Source: Mobula hypostoma (lineage: Eukaryota). From it: a DNA stretch of 64,000 nucleotides. Shown here in pieces: positions 15,001-26,860 of this stretch; within the stretch, counting starts at the first letter, position 1; each line of letters starts with the position of its first letter. The notes under the pieces were generated by a model that was given only the letters and a program-made list of their open reading frames with translations, did not search any database and was not told the DNA's origin. The translations under genes and the position numbers were made by a program. The stretch spans positions 92,506,001 through 92,570,000 of the forward strand of contig NC_086097.1 of assembly GCF_963921235.1 (NCBI RefSeq), written 5' to 3'.

Positions 15001-17349
15001 CAGTCCAGAGTCAACTCCTCAAGTCCGAGTCAACTCCTCCAGTCCAGAGTCAACTCCTCCAGTCCAGAGTCAACTCCCCCTTTCTGAGTCAACTCCTTCA
15101 GTCCGAGTCAACTCCTCCAGCTCCAGAGGCAACTCCTCCGGTCCCAGAGTCAACTGCTCCAGACTGAGTCAACTCCTCCTGTCCTAGTCAACTCCTACAG
15201 TCCGAGTCAACTCACCCTGCCCGAGTCAACTCCTCCAGTCCGAGTCAAATCCTTCCGTCCAAGAGTCAACTCCTCCAGTCCCAGAGTCAACTCCCACTGT
15301 CCGAGTCAAACTCTCCAGTCAGAGTCAACTCCTCCAGTCCCACAGTCAACTCCTCCAGTCCAAGTCAACTCCTCCAGTCCCAGATTCAACTCCTCCAGTC
15401 CGAGTCAACTCCTCAAGTCCCAGAGTCAACTCCTCCAGTCCGAGTCAACTTCTCCAGTCCGAGTCAACTCCTCCAGTCCCAGAGGCAACTCCCCCTGACC
15501 AAGTCAACTCCTCCAGTCCCAGAGTCAACTCCTCCAGTATGAGTCAACTCCTCCAGCCCCAGAGGCAACTCCTCCGGTACCAGAGTGAACTCCTCCAGCC
15601 CCAGAGGCAACTCCTCTGGTCCCAGTGTCAACTCCTCCAGACCGAGTCAACTCCTACAGTCCAGAGTCAACTTCTCCAGACCCAGAGTCAACTCCTGCAT
15701 TCCGAGTCAACTCCTTCAGTCCAAGAGTCAACTCCTCCAGTCCCAGAGTCAACTCCCACAATTCGAGTCAACTCCTTCAGTCAGATTCAAATCCTCCAGT
15801 CCCACAGTCAACTCCTCCAGTCCAAGTCAAATCCTCCAGTTCCACAGTAAACTCCTCCAGTCCGAGTCAACTCCTCCAGTCCCAGAGTCAACTCCTCCAG
15901 TCCAGAGTCAACTCCTCCAGTCCAGAGTCAACTCCCCCTTTCTGAGTCAACTCCTTCAGTCCGAGTCAACTCCTCCAGCTCCAGAGGCAACTCCTCCGGT
16001 CCCAGAGTCAACTGCTCCAGACTGAGTCAACTCCTCCTGTCCTAGTCAACTCCTACAGTCCGAGTCAACTCACCCTGCCCGAGTCAACTCCTCCAGTCCG
16101 AGTCAAATCCTTCCGTCCAAGAGTCAACTCCTCCAGTCCCAGAGTCAACTCCCACTGTCCGAGTCAACTCCTTCAGTCAGCGTCAAATCCTCCAGTCCCA
16201 CAGTCAACTCCTCCAGTCCAAGTCAACTCCTCCAGTCCCAGATTCAACTCCTCCAGTCCGAGTCTACTCCTCAAGTCCCAGAGTCAACTCCTCCAGTCCG
16301 AGTCAACTACTCCAGCCCCAGAGGCAACTCCTCCGGTCCCAGAGTCAACTCCTGCAGACCGAGTCAACTCCTACAGTCCAGAGTCAACTTCTCCAGACAG
16401 AGAGTCAACTCCTACAGTCCGAGTCAACTCCTTGAGTCCAAGAGTCAACTCCTCCAGTCCCAGAATCAACTCCAACAGTTCGAGTCAACTCCTTCAGTCA
16501 GAGTCAAATCCTCCAGTCCCACAGTCAACTCCTCCAGTCCGAGTCAACTCCTCCAGTCCCCGAGTCAACTCCTCCAGTCCCAGAATCAACTCCTCCAGTA
16601 CGAGTCAAATCCTCCAGTCCGAGTCAAATCCTCCTGTCCCAAAGTCAACTCCTTCAGTCCGAGTCAACTCCTCCAGTCCGAGTCAACTCACGCTGCCCGA
16701 GTCAAATCCTTCTGTCCGATCAACTCCTCCAGTCCCAGAATCAACTCCCACTGTCCGAGTCAACTCCTTCAGTCCGAGACAAATCCTCCAGTCCCAGAGT
16801 CAACTCCTCCCGTCCGAGTCAACTCCTCCAGTCCCAGAGTCAACTCCTTCAGTCCGAGTCAACTCCTCCAGTCCGAGTCAACTCACGCTGCCCGAGTCAA
16901 ATCCTTCTGTCCGATCAACTCCTCCAGTCCCAGAATCAACTCCCACTGTCCGAGTCAACTCCTTCAGTCCGAGACAAATCCTCCAGTCCCAGAGTCAACT
17001 CCTCCCGTCCGAGTCAACTTCTCCAGCCCCAGAGGAAACTCCTCCGGACCCAGAGTCAACTCCTCCAGTCCAAGTCAACTTCTCCAGTCCGAGTCAAGTC
17101 CTCCAGTTCCAGAGTCAACTCCTCCAGACCCAGAGTCAACCCCTCCAGTCCGAGTCAACTCCTCCAGTCCGAGTCAACTCCTCCCGTCCCATAGTCATCT
17201 CCTCCAGTCCACGTCAACTCCTCCAGTCCGAGTGAACTCCTCCAGTCCGAATCAACTCCTCCAGTCCTTGTGAACTCCTCCAGTCCCAGAGTCAACTCCT
17301 CCAGTCCGAGTCAACTCTCCAGTCCGAGAGTCAACTGCTCCAAGAGTCA
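1..17349. repeat. Satellite array of 19-21 bp monomers, consensus GAGTCAACTCCTCCAGTCC(CA); roughly 850-900 monomers; continues past the window start
   Basis: Uninterrupted tandem monomers GAGTCAACTCCTCCAGTCC / ...GTCCA / ...GTCCCA with point variants; strong C skew on + strand; kb-scale blocks recur. Confidence 0.98.
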
Positions 17350-19430
17350 ATGGGCGAAAGGTGTCCAGTCAAAGACACATAGGACATAGCACTCTCAGAT
17401 GGCCTCAGAGAGGATGAAATTAAGCTCTTCAAGGAGTACGTTCAATTGGGCAAGGTAAAGTTCACCAGCACTGACTCCCCCATGCTTCACTGAGGAACCC
17501 TGGGCAATCACGTTCTCTGATGGAAGCGACTATGCCTATGGAGCAGTGATGTATCTAAGGTGGAACTTGGACCAGGGCTCAATCGTCAGGCTGGTGGAAT
17601 CTAAACCCAAATTAACTCCCTTGGATGACAAAAGTGATGCTGTCAAAGCAGAGATGTGTGGAGCAGTGTTTGCCTCACACCTGAGAAAGTACTTAGAGCT
17701 GCATAGCCGAATCCAAGTTGGGAGGTGGTACCATTTCGTTGATAGCCAAACAGTCCTTGGTGCAGTACAGCGAGAAACCTATGGCTATCAAACATTCTTT
17801 GTAAATAGGATCGGAATGATTTAAAACAGCACAGAGTTCCAGGACTGGTGGTGGATTCCTGGTCTGCAAAGTATTGCTAATGTAATCACCAGAGGAGCCA
17901 GTCCTCAGGACCTGGATGAAGACTCAGAGTGGTAAAATGCGCCAAAGTTTTTGAGTTTGCCAGTGAATGAGTGGCTGATGAAATCAGCCAAAGAACTAGC
18001 AGCCACTGCCAGGGAAATCATCAACAAGTTGCAAAAGAAGGCATTTGTTGGTGCTTTGACAAGGGCCAAGGCAAAGAAACAAGAACCAGTACAGAAACAG
18101 TACCAGGTCAAAACAGAACAATGGAGACCGCCTGCAGCGTCAGTCATCCGAAGCCTTGTGGACATCAAGCGGTTCAGTCTTCTAACTCAACTAGTCAAAA
18201 CAGTTGCATGGATCTGGAGAGCAGCAACAAAGTTCATTGGACAAAATCAAGCCGTGGACAGTCCAAAGTGGGAGGCAGTTTCTTTGACAGGAGTCATCTC
18301 AGTAAGAGAATGAGAAGATGCTGTAAGAGACATTTTTCTTGCAGCACAAGAAGGCACAACCTTCCCAAGCACCACTACAGACAGGCTGGTAGACTACAAA
18401 AACCAAGACTCTGGGCTGTTGGTTTGCGGTGGCTGAGTACAAATCTTCAAAGAAGATCATGTTGGTGTCCCCATCTTGCCCCATGATGCCTGGGTGTCCA
18501 CACTGTTAACTCGGGAGGCCCACAATGAGAGTCATGACGGAATGGCTGGAACCTTGCTCAAGATGAGAAGAAAGGCATGGGTCATAAGGGGAAGGAAAAT
18601 TGCCCAAAAAGTTGTCGATGGCTGCATGCTCTGCAGGAAGGCAAAAGCAAGGAAATGTCAACAAGTAATGGGTGACTTGCCGCCAGATAGAACTGAACTT
18701 GTTGCATCATTCCAGTTCACAATGGTGTACCCCTTCGGACCCTACCAAGTAAAAGATGACGTCAAGGAAAGAGTAACACTGAAAGTCTGGGGAGTGGTCT
18801 TTTGCTGCATGGCCAGCAGAGCCATCCACACGGAGTTGGTCAACACCCCATCAACCGAAGGATTCCTGATGGCCTATCAAAGGTTCACAGCAATCAGGAG
18901 GCATCCAAGAAAGATCTGGTCAGATCCAGGCACCAATTTCATTGGAGCAAAACCAGTCTTGGAGGAGCTGTACAGGTTCTTGGACGGCCTGAATGAAGCA
19001 GCCCTGCAGAAGACTGTGGCAAAAAATGGAACGGAGTGGATGTGGAAAATCCATCCGCCTGATTCTCCACACAGGAATGGTGCTGCAGAAGCCGCTTTAC
19101 GCATTGTAAAGAGACAACTCCAGAGTCTTGAGAAGGAGTCTGGGCTGAGCTACAGCGAGTTCCAGACAACTCTTCACATAGCAGCCAACCTTGCCAATGA
19201 GTGCCCAATTGACGCTAGGGTACAGAGCCGGGAAGACTGTATTCAGCAGTATGTCACACCCAACACTCTTCTACTCGGTCGAGCAACTCAAAGCGGGGAT
19301 TTCAGAACCTTTGACTTTTCCAGCTACCCCTACAAAAGACTCCGAGCAATGCAGTCACAGGTGACCAAGTTCTGGAGGTGCTGGAGCCAACTCGCTGGTC
19401 CTAATTTGTTTGTCTGGAGCAAGTGGCATA
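17338..19430 (+). mobile_element. BEL/Pao LTR retrotransposon pol fragment (RNase H and integrase), decayed
   Basis: FSDGSDYAYGAVMYLRW...VESKPKLTPL...DSQTVL...FFVNRIG (Pao RNase H); HNESHDG...CMLC zinc finger; WGVVFCCMASRAIH, SDPGTNF and NGAAEAA integrase core; several stops/frameshifts; no LTR seen. Confidence 0.9.
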
Positions 19431-19450
19431 CGAGGCTTGGGTTCCTCTAA
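18476..19450 (+). pseudogene. BEL/Pao integrase ORF remnant (324 aa)
   Basis: HHCC zinc finger and DDE-region motifs in the ORF track; no true start; upstream frame broken. Confidence 0.85.
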
Positions 19451-20088
19451 CCAGAGTTCTACAGAGCTGTAACATTACTTTATGGCTCTTAAACTCAGTC
19501 CCTTAACTAATGAAGTCCAACATAGCATATGCTTTCTTAAGACCCTATCAGCTTGCACGGCAATTTTGAGGGATCTATGGACTTGGGCCCAAGGTTCCTC
19601 TGTTCCTCCACATTGCTTAGAATCCTTGTACTCTGCTTCAAGTTTGATCTTCCAATGTATATCACTTCACACTTTTCCATATTGAACGCCATCTGCCACT
19701 TCTCTGCCGAACTCCGCCTCCTGTCTATATCCCATTGTAAACCTACAACAGCCCTCTACACTATCCACAACACCATCAATGTTCACGTCATCTGCAAACT
19801 TACTAACTCACACTTCCACCTCCTTGTCCAAGTCATTTATAACAATCACAAAGACCAGGGGTTGCTAAACAGATCCTTGCAGATCATCACTGGTCAACAA
19901 TCTCCAGACAGAACACGCTCCACCTACTACCACACACTGCTTCTGTGGGCAAGCCAATTCAGAATCTATACACAGAGTTTCCCTGGATCTCATGCCTCAT
20001 GACCTTCTGAATGAACCTAACATGGGGAACATTATCAAATGCCTTATTAAAACCCATATACACATCTACTGCTCTGCCTTCATCAATG
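19440..20088 (-). mobile_element. CR1 LINE RT fragment, decayed
   Basis: aacgccatctgccacttctctgcc and tcatctgcaaactt (FADD on minus), as in the other CR1 copies here. Confidence 0.75.
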
Positions 20089-20104
20089 ATATGATGGTGT
20101 GAGA

Positions 20105-20594
20105 TGTCAAAAGGATTGGCTTTGAGGGGTGAACCCAAACGCAGGGCCCTGGCACGGAGATTGAGTTAGGATGCAGATGAGGGTGTGAGAGTGGCTGGAG
20201 CTGAACGGCAAACAGGAGGGTGAACAGGAAAGCAGAAAGCAGGCAGAACTTATCTTGACATGGAGCGTAGAAAGGCAAGCGGTAGACAATACTTATCTTG
20301 ACACAGAGAGACAGAATTACACAGGTAACTTCGGTACTGAAGTAAAACTTGGAATCCTTATCTTGACGCAGAGAGACAGAGTTACACAGGTAAACCTCGG
20401 TACTGGAGTAAAACTTAGAATACACAATACTAAGCAGCCGGGAACGTTAATCACCACACAGGCTAAAACAACGATCTGGCAACAAGCGGATGCAAAGCCG
20501 GGGTTTTTATGCTGCGGGTCTTGATAAGAACCAGGTGTGCTGCCATCTAAGGGAATTGGGAGAAAATGGGGAATTAATGGTCAGGACCGTGACA
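20105..20594 (-). mobile_element. Solo LTR-like element (490 bp, TGTCA...TGACA) with an internal ~65 bp duplication
   Basis: TGTCA at 20105 and TGACA ending 20594; repeated cttatcttgac.cagagagacaga; one end resembles the 41823/48958 LTRs; no TSD visible. Confidence 0.6.
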
Positions 20595-20759
20595 CTCTCA
20601 TCTTGCCTTTGTTGATGGAAATGGTTTCCTCAGCAAGCACTTTTCTATATAACAACGTGAGGGAATGTTACGACCCTTTATCTACCACAACAGTCCACAG
20701 ATCCTACCTTAATTTTCATGTAAATGTATGTTGGCTGTGAAACAAGTGTAAATTCAAGA

Positions 20760-20980
20760 GATCTGAATTCAGAAGACTGAGAAGTGATCTTATAGAAACA
20801 TATATAATTATGAAAGGGATAGGTAAGATAGGCAGGAAAGTTGTTTCTGCTGGTAGGTGAGACTAGAACGAGGGGACATAGCCTCAAGATTTGGGGAAGT
20901 AAATTTGGGACGGAGATGAGGAGGAACTGCCTTTCCCAGAGAGTGGTGAATCTGTGGAATTCTCTGCCCAATGAAGCAGT
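20760..20980 (+). mobile_element. CR1 ORF2 3' fragment
   Basis: Encodes EFRRLRSDLIETY...TRTRGHSLKI...SQRVVNLWNSLP. Confidence 0.8.
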
Positions 20981-21192
20981 TGTGGTAAGTCTATGATATG
21001 AATATTAGGTAGGAGGCATGATAGACTATGGTTGTTGTTAAGTCTTGTCAAGTCTTGTCAAGTCGAGTTGAGATTATTGTCCTATCACAAGAAGGGTGAG
21101 GCACAGGTTAAATGAAAAATGTTTCCCATGATATTGCAGGCATGTAGGTACAGACAACACATGACGTCCAAAGTTCAAAATACATGATTACA

Positions 21193-21859
21193 TTAGATTA
21201 GATTAGATTATGAGGACATGCAGTCCTCTTTTATTGTCATTTAGTAATGCATGCATTAAGAGATGATACAATGTTCATCTGGTGTGATATCACAGAAACA
21301 CAAGACAGACCAAGACTGAAAAACTGCCAAAAACCACATAATTATAACATATGGTTACAACAGTGCAAGCAATACTGTAACTTGATGAAGAACAGGCCAT
21401 GGGCACGGTAAGAAAAGCTCAAAATCTCTCGAAAGTCCCATCATCTCATGCAGACGGGAGAAGGAAGAAAACTCTCCCTGCCATGAGCTTCCAGCACTGC
21501 AAACTTGCCGATGCAGCATCCTGGAAGCACCTGACCACAGTCCGTCTCCGAGTCGTCCAAAAACTTCGAGGCTCTGACTCTGAGCACTGAGAACCATCTC
21601 TGCCGAGCGCTTCGACCCCAGCCCCGGCTGCCAGCAACAGGCAAAGCCGAGGATTTGGAGCATTCCCTCCAGAGATTCTCGATCGTACAGTAGCAGCAGC
21701 AGCGAACCAGGCATTTCAGAAGTTTCTCCAGATGTTCCTCCATGTTTCTCATGTCTGTCTCCATCAAATCAGAATTGTGCACGCCCCTATTTAAAAAATA
21801 TGATATCATTTCACCGGAGAGGCAGCGCGCGCTGCGTCACACCGCCATCTTCTCTTCTC
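21193..21859 (-). mobile_element. Non-coding short retroposon with AAGATGGCG 5' end and (TCTAA)n tail
   Basis: ttagattagattagatta tail; cgccatctt at the other end; second partial copy at 52458-52751. Confidence 0.65.
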
Positions 21860-21864
21860 GTCAA

Positions 21865-22210
21865 TCATTATCAAAGTAAGTATACTTGATACAACTTCAA
21901 GATTCATTTCCTTACAGGCAGCCACAAAACAAAGAAACACAATAGAACCTATAAAAAAAAAGACCATATACAAGGTATAACTTACAAAATTATACAATAC
22001 GGAGAAAAAGAACTCTGCGAAACAAGTCTTCCGTGCATAAAGCAAAGACTTAATCAATGGCAGGGTTGTAGTCATTGTGCAAGAGGTGGTCCATGATGTT
22101 TCATTGTAGAGGTAGGATTCAGGTTATGTGGGTCGCTTGAAGAACCTGATGTTTATAGGAAAGTAGCTCGTCCTGACTTCTGCTTCTGTTCCCCAACCCT
22201 GATGGCATAA
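21865..22210 (-). mobile_element. Rex1/Babar-type LINE 3' remnant (host of the 21193 insertion)
   Basis: ttatcaaagta...gattcatttccttacagg 3'UTR and cttgaagaacctgatg, like copies at 24240 and 33110; its tail aagttcaaaa lies at ~21171. Confidence 0.5.
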
Positions 22211-22599
22211 GTGAGAAGAGATTTGAATTGCATTGAGTATGATAGATTATAATGCATTTAGCTGGGAAAATAAAATCTGTTGATTTATTTTGTGAGTTTG
22301 ACTGTACCATAAGAGGTTATTAAATTCCTTCTGGCACTTGGAACAGGTTTTAGGACCTGAAGTCCTGGAATAAACTTTCTGTCAACTTCTCCCACAGGCA
22401 ATCCATCAACCACCGTAAGCATTCATTCTCTTCAAAACACAATGGGAGCCACATAACCCATTTACAAAATGCACTGTGGTTACTCACCCAGGCTGCTCCC
22501 AAACCCATGAGCTTTATCACCAAGAACAAAGGCAGCAGATTCATAAAAACACCACCGGATACCTCTCCTAGTCACAACTAATGTCATTTGGAAATACAG

Positions 22600-22795
22600 T
22601 ATGTATCAATTCTTTTATTGCCACTAGGTTTATATCCTGGAAATATCACCCAATGGCAGTAAGGGAGCATGTTCATCAAAAGGACATTCCTTAATGGTTC
22701 AGGAAAGCAGCTCACCAACACCTTCCCAACAGAAATTACCGACAATAAATTCTTACCTTATTGGCAATGCACTGATCTCAAAGATGAATAAAAAC
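22600..22795 (+). mobile_element. Ancient RTE-X-like LINE 3' relic
   Basis: ggttcaggaaagcagctcaccaacaccttc...caataaa...gaataaaaa; related minus-strand relic near 26210-26330. Confidence 0.35.
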
Positions 22796-23438
22796 TACTT
22801 AAGCCCTGGTTGCAAAAATTTCAATGTATTACAGATCATATTCTTTAAATAATCGTTAAACCAATTCCAGATGATTTTTTTGTATCCAAAAGCAATGGAA
22901 ATTTGGTACAAAATCTATCAAAGTATTTCTTATGCTCAATTATTGAAAGCAGATGGATTATTTAATGAGAATGAGGGGTTCCTGTAAGACTCTATGACAA
23001 TAATCCCTACCATCTGGTTATTCAACAATGCCTATGGCTTCAAGCATCTTAAATTTGTAATTCTAATTGCTTGTATCTTTCTTGATCTCTGACTCACTTC
23101 TCTCCTCATCTTTTCAATTATATTATGCTTAATTACTCCTCATTGGTACCGGAACTCAGTCCCCATGGCCACAGCTTTGATCTCCCATTATTTTCCCACA
23201 TTTGGAAACTGCTGTTTCAGTTGTTATTCCAAAGAAACTCATGAGATGACACCCTAGAAACATTTCTATGACCTTTCGTAATCCTCAATTTCAGGCTCAA
23301 TATATTCTGAAGCATTTCCCAGATAATCTGTGTCTCTAATCTGATATTTCACTAAGGTTTATTTGTATTCAGGAATAACTCAGATTCATTACCACTAAGG
23401 TTGGGTCCTCACTTCCATTGTTCACCAAAATACCACAT

Positions 23439-23633
23439 TGTGGCGACCCACTTTCTGACACCCACGAACCGGCTCACGAAACAGCGCGCGCAGGCAGAGG
23501 GCCGGCAGCAAAAAGGGCGGGAACGGGAAGGCTTTAAAGCGGGCCGCGAAGTTTGAATAAACCTCTTTCATCGCAACTCCAACTCACCGACTCCGTGTGG
23601 CTATTCTAGCGCTGTGTGTAGCACATCGCTACA
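23439..23633 (+). mobile_element. Solo LTR, 195 bp, Gypsy-like
   Basis: TGTGGCGA...TCGCTACA termini; 4-bp TSD ACAT on both sides; internal TTTAAA and AATAAA. Confidence 0.9.
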
Positions 23634-23717
23634 ACATAATCCATCAGGCTCACTGTTCAGCTATTACTCCCAGATTGTTAGAAAAGTCACTCGGTGACAG
23701 ATTTGTGGTTGGGATAT

Positions 23718-24205
23718 TGAATTTTGAATTGAATTAACTTAATTACTTACTCCTTCATGAGGAGTAAAAATCTTTATGTTACGTCTCCATTTAAATGTGC
23801 AATGTGCAATTTATAGTAATTTATAATAAATAGTATGTACAACAGGACAGTCAATATAACATAGAAATACAGTTGTATCAGCATGAATTAATCAGTCTGA
23901 TGGCCTGCTGGAAGAAGCTGTCCCGGAGCCTGTTGGTCCTGGCTTTTATGCTGCGGTACCGTTTCCTGGATGATAGCAGCTGAAACAGTTTGTGGTCGGC
24001 GTGACTCAGGTCCCCAATGATCCTTTGGGCCCTTTTACCCACCTGTCTCTGTAAATGTCCTGAATAGTGGGAAGTTCACATCTACAGATGCACTGGGCTG
24101 TCCACACCACTCTCTGCAGAGTCTTGTGATTGAGGGAAGTACAGTTCCCATACCAGGCAGTGATGCAGCCAGTCAGGATGCTCTAAATTATGCCCCTGTA
24201 GAAAA
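23718..24205 (-). mobile_element. Rex1/Babar LINE 3' end
   Basis: Minus strand encodes LLSSRKRYRSIKARTNRLRDSFFQQAIRL; ttgaa-type microsatellite tail. Confidence 0.8.
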
Positions 24206-24234
24206 GGGTCTTCATCCAAAACGTCATTCTTTCA

Positions 24235-26060
24235 AAAAATTCAGAAGTACATTTATTATCAAAATACATATATGTCACCATATACAACCATGTGATTTGC
24301 TTCCTTGCAGGCATTCACAGTAAATACAAGAAACTTGATAGAATCGATGAAAGACAGCTACCAATAAGACGGACAACAACCGATATGCAAAAGACAGCAG
24401 CTGCGCAAATGCAAAATGAAAAAAAAACAATAAATAAGTAAGCAATAAATATCAAGAAAATAAGTTCAAGAGTTCTTGAAGGCAAGTCCATAGGTTGTGG
24501 AAACAGTTTGTTCAGTGATGCACACACTGATGTGTACACAGTGGGCGAGTGAAGTTATCCCCTCTGGTTCAAGAGCCTGATGGTTGCAGGGTAATAACTA
24601 TTCCTGAACATGGTAGTGTGGGTCCTGAGGTTTCTGTACCTTCTTCCTGATGGCAGCTGTGAGAAGAAAGCATGACTTGGATGGTGGGAGTTCTTGATGA
24701 TGGATGCTGTTTTCCTGCATCAGTGTTCAATGGTGGGGAGGGCTTTCACTGTAATGGTCTGAGCCATATCCATTTCATTTTGTAGGATTTTCTGTTCAAG
24801 GGCATTGGTGTTTCTGTACAAGGTTGTGATGCAAACAGTCAATACAGTCTCCACTGCACTAAGATAGGTGGAGTTGTGGATAATGAAGGAGGTTTTCAAA
24901 GCTTGCACAGAGATTTAGGCCAGTTAGAAGAAGATTTGGGCTGAAAGATGGCAGATGGAGTTTAATGCTGATAAATGTGAGGTGCTACGTTTTGGTAGGA
25001 CTAATCAAAATAGGACATACGCATGGTAAATAGTAGGGCATTGAAGAATGCAGTAGAACGGAGGGATCTAGGAATAATAGTGCATAGTTCCCTGAACGTG
25101 GAATCTCATGTGAATAGGGTGGTAAAGAAAGCTTTTGGTATGCTGGCCTTTATAAATCAGAGCATTGAGTATAGGAGCTGGGATGTAATGTTGGAATTGT
25201 ACAAGGCATTGGTGAGACCGAATTTGGAGTATTGTGTACAGTTCTGGTCACCGAATTATAGGAAAGATGACAACAAAATAGAGAGAGTACAGAGAAAATT
25301 TACCAGAATGTTACCTGGGTTTCAGCACCTAAGTTACAGAGAAAGGTTGAACAAGTTGGGTCTTTATTCTTTGGAACGTAGAAGGTTGAGGGGGGACTTT
25401 AGAGAGGTATTTAAAATTATGAGGGGGATAGATAGAGTTGACGAGGATAGGCTTTTCCATTGAGAATGGGGAAGATTCAAACAAGAGGACATGAGTTGAG
25501 AGTTAAAGGGCAAAAGTTTCCGGGTAACATGAGGGGGAACTTCTTTACTGAAAGAGTGGTAACTGTGTGGAACGAGCTTCCAGCAGAAGTGGTTGAGGCA
25601 GGTTCAATGTTGGTGTTTAAAGTTAGATTGGATAGCTATATGGACAGGAAAGGAATGGAGGGTTATGGGCTGAGTGCAGGTCGGTGGGACTAGGTGAGAG
25701 TAAGAGTCCAGCACGGACTAGAAGGGCCGAGATGGCCTGTTTCCATGTTGTAATTGTTATATGGTTATGTGCACATCACTCAAAGTTTGTCAAGGTTTTT
25801 AGATGACATGGCAAATCTTTGCAGACTTCTAAGAAAGTAGTGTGTGGCTGTGCTTTCTTCATAATGACACTTACGTGCTGTACCCAGAACAGAGACTCTG
25901 AAATCATAACACCGAGGAACTTAAAGTTGCTCACCCTCTGATTCCCTGATGAGAACTGGCTCATGGACCTCTGGTTTCCTCCTCCTGAAATCAATAATCA
26001 GCTCCCTGGTCTTGCTGACATTGAGTGAGAGGTTGTTGTTGTGGGACCACTCAACCTGAT
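24235..26060 (-). mobile_element. Rex1/Babar LINE 3' portion, split by a CR1 insertion
   Basis: LPSGRRYRNL-type C-terminus near 24600; RT C-terminal RVSNFKFLGVMISE resumes after 25770. Confidence 0.75.
24860..25768 (+). mobile_element. 5'-truncated CR1 LINE
   Basis: ORFs 25023-25463 (LYKALVRPNLEYCVQFWSP) and 25460-25693 (TRGH...FFTERVVTVWNELP); 3'UTR with gttatatggttat tail. Confidence 0.92.
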
Positions 26061-26399
26061 TATCAATCTTCATCAATTTCTTGCAGTAATGTGTATAACT
26101 CTGGTTTATTCCAGCAAATGCTCTTTGGTCCTCGTTTGAGGCTGAAATTTCTTCATGGCTAACAGTGTGGTGCCTTTCACCTTCAACTGCAGGTCTCCGT
26201 GCAGGATTGTGTCACCACCCTTGAGGAGGTGGTGGTGAGCCATCTCCTTAAGTGCTGCAGTGTTTCTGGTGAAGTCGCTCCCAAAGTGCTGTTGCGGAGG
26301 AAGCTGTAGTACTTGGATGAAACATCCATGGACATGCGATGATGTTTTTCTAAGTCAGGGCTCATGTAAGCGTACAGCAGGTTCTCTTACGGCTTATAT

Positions 26400-26860
26400 T
26401 CTCCTGCTCCTGTCCTATCTGTGCACCTGCTCAAATGCCTTTCAAACATTGAAATTTTATCTGCCTCCACCATCTCATTTGGCAGCTCGTTCCAGATATT
26501 TACCCCCTTATGTGTGAAAAACTGACATCTTCAATCTCGTTCAGCGATCTCGGATCTCTTTTAAGTTTCACCTCTCTCACCTTAAACCTATACTCTCTAA
26601 TTGTAGACTGCCCTGCCCTGGGAAAAGGTTTCTATCTGATCTATCTTTACCCCTCATATTTTGGGAACAATGTTTGGTACGACTGCAACGTGATATCCCA
26701 ACTATGATATTCAATGCCTCAGCCTACAAAAGTTAGCATACTAAATACATTTCTCACTACTCTATCGATCTGTATTGCTACTTTCACGGAGTTAAGTACT
26801 TGCATCCCAAGGCCACAATATGCAACAATGTTCAGAAGGTCCCTGCTACTTGCTCTGTAT
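26400..26860 (-). mobile_element. Old CR1 3' fragment
   Basis: Degenerate ggcagctcgttccagat...tgtgtgaaaa...cctctcaccttaaaccta, complementary to the CR1 ORF2 end. Confidence 0.55.

Noticed and set aside
399..17235. Mucin or proline-rich protein genes from the long ORFs
   Set aside because: The frame is not preserved (19/20/21 bp units mix), most starts are GTG/TTG, and there is no signal peptide or unique domain
1..17349. CRISPR array
   Set aside because: Monomers are contiguous with no unique spacers; no cas genes; vertebrate repeat context
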